This document shows positions 60,076 to 64,000 of a stretch of 64,000 nt of DNA, piece after piece (positions within the stretch are counted from its first letter, which is position 1; the number at the start of each line of letters is the position of its first letter). The notes beneath the pieces are model-generated. The model was not told the origin of the DNA. It made no database searches and was given only the letters and a program-made list of their open reading frames with translations. The position numbers and the translations under genes were made by a program. Source of the DNA: an uncultured delta proteobacterium (GTDB lineage: Bacteria; Desulfobacterota; Deferrimicrobia; Deferrimicrobiales; Deferrimicrobiaceae); the NCBI GenBank assembly GCA_963811025.1, contig CAWEPX010000033.1, positions 144,583 through 208,582 of the forward strand, written 5' to 3'.

Positions 60076-60747
60076 TCAGGCCGGGAATTTCAAGCCGGCC
60101 GTGATACCGGGCTCATCGGGAACGGCCCACACGACCTCGGCGGCGGCGCGCTGCGGCATATCCTGAAGGAACGGGTCGTTTCCGGCCGGGATCCGGACCA
60201 CGAGCCTCTGTCCCGCCTGCAGGGGATATTCCGTCCAAAGGCGCACTCCTCCCAGGCCGATGTCGACCGCCGTGCCGAGGATGTCCTGGGAATCGGAAAG
60301 AGATTCCCCCGGCGCGAGAGCGATGACGGAGAATTGCACGGGGAGACGACACAGATGCCTCGGATGGATCCGGATCCGGGAATATTCTCCCGTGGCGCTT
60401 TTGAGGATCCGGCGGAAGTCGGAGAGGTCGAACGGTTTTTCCAGGAACTGCAGGGCGCCTCCCGCGAGCGCCCGCCTGCGGTTGCCTTCGCAGGCGTCGC
60501 AGCTCATGACGATGACCTTCGTGTCCGGGGAAATCCGTTCGATTTCGGGGAGAAGCGCATTTCCGTCCGAATCCGGAAGGTGGATATCGAGGAACAGGAG
60601 GTCGTACGGCTGCGTGGAGAGCTCCGAGAGGGCGTCCGCGCCGGTCTCGACGGCATGGGGGGCAAGACGGAGACCGGCGATTTCCTTCTCCAGCGCCCAG
60701 CAGATCAGCTTGTCATCATCGACGACAAGGACCCTTTTCCCCACCAT
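60076..60747 (-). CDS. Response-regulator receiver fused to PilZ (c-di-GMP-binding) domain
   Basis: REC 'RVLVVDDDKLICW...LLFLDIHLPDSDG'. PilZ motifs 'RIRIHPR' (RxxxR) and 'DIGLGG' (DxSxGG-like). Confidence 0.75.
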   Translation of the reverse strand: MVGKRVLVVDDDKLICWALEKEIAGLRLAPHAVETGADALSELSTQPYDLLFLDIHLPDSDGNALLPEIERISPDTKVIVMSCDACEGNRRRALAGGALQFLEKPFDLSDFRRILKSATGEYSRIRIHPRHLCRLPVQFSVIALAPGESLSDSQDILGTAVDIGLGGVRLWTEYPLQAGQRLVVRIPAGNDPFLQDMPQRAAAEVVWAVPDEPGITAGLKFPA

Positions 60748-61075
60748 TTGCTAGTCCTTTGATGCGGAACTCCGCATCCGTCCGGTCGATGAGGCGCGTT
60801 CGCAATGTCGTCTCGCCAGATCTATATAGCAACTAGCGTGCCTCGAAAGGATATCCCTCCTCCCAGTGCATCAATGCTCTATCGATATGCCGGAAGCGTT
60901 CCGGGGAGGAGGGGGAATTGTTCCGGGATATTCCGATGATGGCGGCTTCGCCGCCGGAGGCTCCGCCGGGCCAGGCGATCGATCCCGCCTTGCCCGGAAT
61001 TCCCTTGGCGAGGATGGAGAAGCGGTGATATCCCCGACCGCGTCCGGCTTTCCACCGGGTAAGAGCGGTACGGGT

Positions 61076-62008
61076 TCAGTGCCTGTCGATCCCGTGGAGC
61101 ATGAAGAACAGGTGCTCCATCGTCTTCGTGATTTCGGACAGGTACTCCGAGACGGCCTTGACGCTTCCGGGAAGGGTGTAGACGACGGTCTTTCCCATGA
61201 CGCCGGCGACTCCCCTGCTCAGGAGGGCATTGGGCTTTTCCATGCCGTACTTCACGCGGATCAGCTCCATGATCCCGGGAATCTGCTTGTCGAGCAACGG
61301 AGATACGGCCTCCACGGTCACGTCCCGCTCCCCGATCCCCGTTCCTCCCGTGGTGAATACGAAGTCGGTCCCGCGTTCCCTGCATTCGACCAGGATCTTT
61401 CGCAGGGCGTCCCCGTCGTCCGGGATGACCGTGGTTTCCATCTCCACCGGCTGCTCCCATCCCGCGAAGAAGGCGTCCAGGATTTCCCGGACCTTCGGGC
61501 CGCTTCGGTCCTCGTATTCTCCGCTGCTCGCACGGTCGCTCAGCGTAACGATCGATACGTGGAACACCTTCGGGAGATGCAGGATCCCGTCGCCCGGACG
61601 GATCGCGCCCGCTTTCCGCACGCGGCAGAAGATCCCTTCCTTCGGCATCACGCAGTTGCCGACCTCCTTGAAGATCGCGCAGGCCGTACCGTGGCATTCC
61701 TTCCCGATTTGCGTGAGCTCGAGCTCCGCGTCGCCGATCCGGAAGCGATCGAAGACGCGGCACTTGGCGAGATCGATCCCCTCGGTGGAGATATTCTCCG
61801 CGAATTCGCCGAAGCGGATCTTCCGCTTCGCCTCTTTCGCGAATTTTTCGATGCTCTCGCCGGCGAGCATGCTCACCTGCCGGTGCCAGGTCCCGGCGTG
61901 GGCGTCGTCCTCCACCCCGGTATCCGTGACGGTGATCGCGTCCACCGGGTGTTTCACGGTCCCCTTCCGTTCGGAGATGTTCACGGAAAGCACCCTGGCA
62001 TGCTTCAT
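61076..62008 (-). CDS. MOSC-domain / MogA-MoaB-domain fusion protein (molybdenum cofactor biosynthesis)
   Basis: N-terminal 'MKHARVLSVNISERKGTVKHPV' is MOSC-like. C-terminal 'HVSIVTLSDRASSGEYEDRSGPKV...FTTGGTGIGERDVT...LPGSVKAV' is MogA/MoaB-like. Confidence 0.7.
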   Translation of the reverse strand: MKHARVLSVNISERKGTVKHPVDAITVTDTGVEDDAHAGTWHRQVSMLAGESIEKFAKEAKRKIRFGEFAENISTEGIDLAKCRVFDRFRIGDAELELTQIGKECHGTACAIFKEVGNCVMPKEGIFCRVRKAGAIRPGDGILHLPKVFHVSIVTLSDRASSGEYEDRSGPKVREILDAFFAGWEQPVEMETTVIPDDGDALRKILVECRERGTDFVFTTGGTGIGERDVTVEAVSPLLDKQIPGIMELIRVKYGMEKPNALLSRGVAGVMGKTVVYTLPGSVKAVSEYLSEITKTMEHLFFMLHGIDRH

Positions 62009-62012
62009 CGCG

Positions 62013-62813
62013 TCACCCGCCGATGCGATGGAACGGGGTTCGCTGATTTTCCGTCCCGTGCTCGGGCTTTGCATCCACGGCCGACCGGATCGCCCGCTCG
62101 GCCCCGAGCGTTCTCACGTTGAACGAGAGGTCGCTGAACAGGCAGGGACGCAGGTTCCCGTCGCTCGACAGCCGCAGCTTGTTGCACATGCGGCAATCGC
62201 CGCCCGTCCCCCCCTCCACGACCGCAAACTCGCCGGCCGCCAGGTTCATCTGGTGAATGAACCGAACGTTGAAATTCCTGCTTTCGCAGAACGCCTTCAC
62301 GCGGACCGCGTCCTGTTCGCTGGAGGATTCCTTCACGACGCAGTTGATCTTGATCGGCAGGAGTCCCGCCCGTTCGGCGGCGTCGATTCCTTCCATGACG
62401 TTCCGGATCTCTCCCACCCGGGTGATTTTCCGGTATCTTTCCGGGTCGACGGTATCGAGACTGATGTTCACCCGCTTCAAGCCGGCGTCCTTCAGCGGTT
62501 TCGCAAAATCCTTCAGCAGGATCCCGTTTGTCGTAAGGGACAGGTCCCGGATTCCGTCGATGCCGGCAAGCAGACGAACCAGGTGAACGATGTTCTTCCG
62601 TACGAGCGGCTCTCCTCCGGTAATGCGCACCTTGTCGATTCCCTGTTCCACGGCGGTCCCGGTAAAGGAAAATATCTCCTCGAACGACAGTATTTCTTCC
62701 CTCTTCAATAGTTTTGTTCTGGCTCGCGGCATGCAGTAGAGGCATCGGAGGTTGCATCGATCCGTCACCGATATCCTGAGATAATGGATTTTTCGGTCAA
62801 ACCGGTCGTACAT
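62013..62813 (-). CDS. moaA: GTP 3',8-cyclase (radical SAM)
   Basis: 'YLRISVTDRCNLRCLYC' is the CxxxCxxC radical-SAM motif. The second cluster is 'CRMCNKLRLSSDGNLRPC'. The C-terminus is '...IGG'. Confidence 0.8.
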   Translation of the reverse strand: MYDRFDRKIHYLRISVTDRCNLRCLYCMPRARTKLLKREEILSFEEIFSFTGTAVEQGIDKVRITGGEPLVRKNIVHLVRLLAGIDGIRDLSLTTNGILLKDFAKPLKDAGLKRVNISLDTVDPERYRKITRVGEIRNVMEGIDAAERAGLLPIKINCVVKESSSEQDAVRVKAFCESRNFNVRFIHQMNLAAGEFAVVEGGTGGDCRMCNKLRLSSDGNLRPCLFSDLSFNVRTLGAERAIRSAVDAKPEHGTENQRTPFHRIGG

Positions 62814-63211
62814 CTACGCCCTCGCCACGAGATATAAATGGGTAATCCGGATACATAAAGGAGGAATCGGCCGTCTCTTCCGGTAGGCCGATTCAAGATG
62901 AGCGGATTGGGATCCCATTTTTCCGGCAATCGAGACTACCATCCGGGCGTTTCGATGTCAATGATCGACGAAGGAGAAAGGAGGAAGGAGGAAGGAGGGA
63001 ATGGTGAAATCACCAGACCGGATCGGTTTTTCCACGGTCCCGGCCGGATGGCCAGGCGATCCGCGCCTCTAATCATCTAAATTTAATGAGAATCACTAAT
63101 CTTTACCGGCGGCATGTTCCTTGCTCCCCTCGGGCGTGTGCCACCCTGATCCCAGGCGACGGCAGCGGAAGACAACATCCGAATACACCGCGGGTGAAAA
63201 GGAGGAGGCAA

Positions 63212-64000
63212 ATGACGGACGTACGAAGGAAGGTTCCCGTAAAGCCCGGTGAAGACGTATTGTCCGGTAAGGTTGCGGAGTACATCCACAAAATCGTTAC
63301 CCGGCGAGCATTTCTGCAGGGGACGGGCGTCGCCGGTCTCGGCATCGCCACGTTCTGCGTTATGGGATGCGGAGGGAGCAGCAGCGGGTCCGCTGCCGCG
63401 GAAACGACGCCGCGACAGATTTTCGTGGCCAACTCCCTCGGGATGATCGTCGCCGAGCCGAGCCGCTGCGTCGGATGCCGGCGTTGCGAGCTGGCGTGTT
63501 CCGAGTATAACAGCGGCAAGTCGCAGCCCTCCATCGCCCGGATCAAGGTCGGCAGGAACTACAATGTCGGTCCGCAGGACACGGCGGCGGGATTCGGACG
63601 GGGGGACGGAACCTGGGGCAACCACCGCATCATTCAGGACGTTTGCCACCAGTGCCCGCACCCGGTGCCGTGCCAGCTCTCCTGCCCCAACGCCGCGATC
63701 GAGGTCATCTCCCCGGTCAACGCCCGGGTGGTGAACGTCGACAAGTGCCAGGGGTGCGGCATCTGCACACAGGCGTGCCCCTGGGCGATGACGTCCCTCG
63801 ACGGACCGATGGGAGGGCCGAACACGAAGGCGACCAAGTGCACCCTCTGCAACGGCAACCCGGAGTGCGTCCAGATGTGCCCGGTGGGGGCCATCCAGTA
63901 CATGCCCTGGCAGGACATGACCGACGCCTTCCCGCCGCGCCAGATCGTCCCCGCAACCATTCAACTGCCGGAGGACGTCGCGAAAACTTGCCTCGATTGC
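63212..64000 (+). CDS. TAT-signal 4Fe-4S ferredoxin-type protein (iron-sulfur subunit of a molybdo-oxidoreductase); 3' end lies outside the window
   Basis: RBS 'aaaaggaggagg' then ATG. Tat motif 'TRRAFLQGTGVAGLGIA'. Multiple CxxCxxCxxxCP clusters ('CVGCRRCELAC', 'CHQCPHPVPC', 'CQGCGICTQACP', 'CTLCNGNPECVQMCP'). The ORF is not in the supplied track because it has no stop within the window. Confidence 0.7.
   Translation, partial: MTDVRRKVPVKPGEDVLSGKVAEYIHKIVTRRAFLQGTGVAGLGIATFCVMGCGGSSSGSAAAETTPRQIFVANSLGMIVAEPSRCVGCRRCELACSEYNSGKSQPSIARIKVGRNYNVGPQDTAAGFGRGDGTWGNHRIIQDVCHQCPHPVPCQLSCPNAAIEVISPVNARVVNVDKCQGCGICTQACPWAMTSLDGPMGGPNTKATKCTLCNGNPECVQMCPVGAIQYMPWQDMTDAFPPRQIVPATIQLPEDVAKTCLDC

Noticed and set aside
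60866-62122. 418-aa plus-strand ORF
   Set aside because: It is antisense to the MOSC-MogA fusion and moaA, which have clear family motifs.
63083-63964. 293-aa minus-strand ORF
   Set aside because: It is antisense to the Tat-signal poly-ferredoxin, whose repeated CxxCxxCxxxCP motifs and RBS/ATG make the + strand the coding one.
1-64000. CRISPR arrays, rRNA genes, complete IS elements, integrases
   Set aside because: No direct-repeat/spacer periodicity, no rRNA-like conserved segments, and no transposase or integrase ORFs were seen anywhere in the window.

Overview
This is a high-GC (~65%) bacterial chromosomal window with a gene repertoire typical of a deltaproteobacterium / Myxococcota-like anaerobe: many TPR proteins, sigma-54 enhancer-binding proteins, PilZ, bacterioferritin, PntAB and Mo-cofactor genes. 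Main content, in order:

- **1-15.5 kb:** a large envelope gene cluster. It holds a giant OmpA-domain outer-membrane protein, three TPR proteins (one ~1140 aa), TolQ/ExbB - ExbD - ExbD - a TonB-like protein with a cytoplasmic coiled-coil - a second TolQ/ExbB - Pal. It resembles the 'Agl/Glt core' Tol/Ton-like machine of unknown function.
- **16.2-17.7 kb:** an AT-rich islet encoding an odd Trp/Tyr-rich secreted protein with a poly-Gln basic tail.
- **17.7-28.7 kb:** Crp/Fnr, bfr, trkH-trkA, MgtC, OsmC, DUF1343 and serA.
- **28.9-33.2 kb:** a thiamine salvage operon (tenA-thiE-thiL-thiD plus an AIR-synthase-related protein).
- **33.3-38.3 kb:** a large NAD-glutamate dehydrogenase and cyanase.
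- **38.4-41.9 kb:** a sigma-54 regulator / YkoF / ankyrin operon.
- **41.4-46.7 kb:** YceI, a type III PKS, a U32-family protein, a SAM methyltransferase, a flanking ICMT-like methyltransferase and a cytochrome c. This is a candidate O2-independent alkyl-resorcinol/quinone lipid pathway.
- **46.9-53.9 kb:** a multi-PAS hybrid kinase, pntAA-pntAB-pntB, rph-rdgB.
- **53.9-55.9 kb:** tRNA-Pro(TGG) followed by two tandem small toxin-antitoxin-like modules, separated by a 45-nt duplicate of the tRNA 3' end.
- **55.9-64.0 kb:** NmrA, an NtrB/NtrC-type pair, a REC-PilZ regulator, moaA and a MOSC-MogA fusion, and the start of a TAT-signal 4Fe-4S ferredoxin.

At least nine genes show single-position frameshifts. 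This pattern looks like assembly indel error rather than decay.
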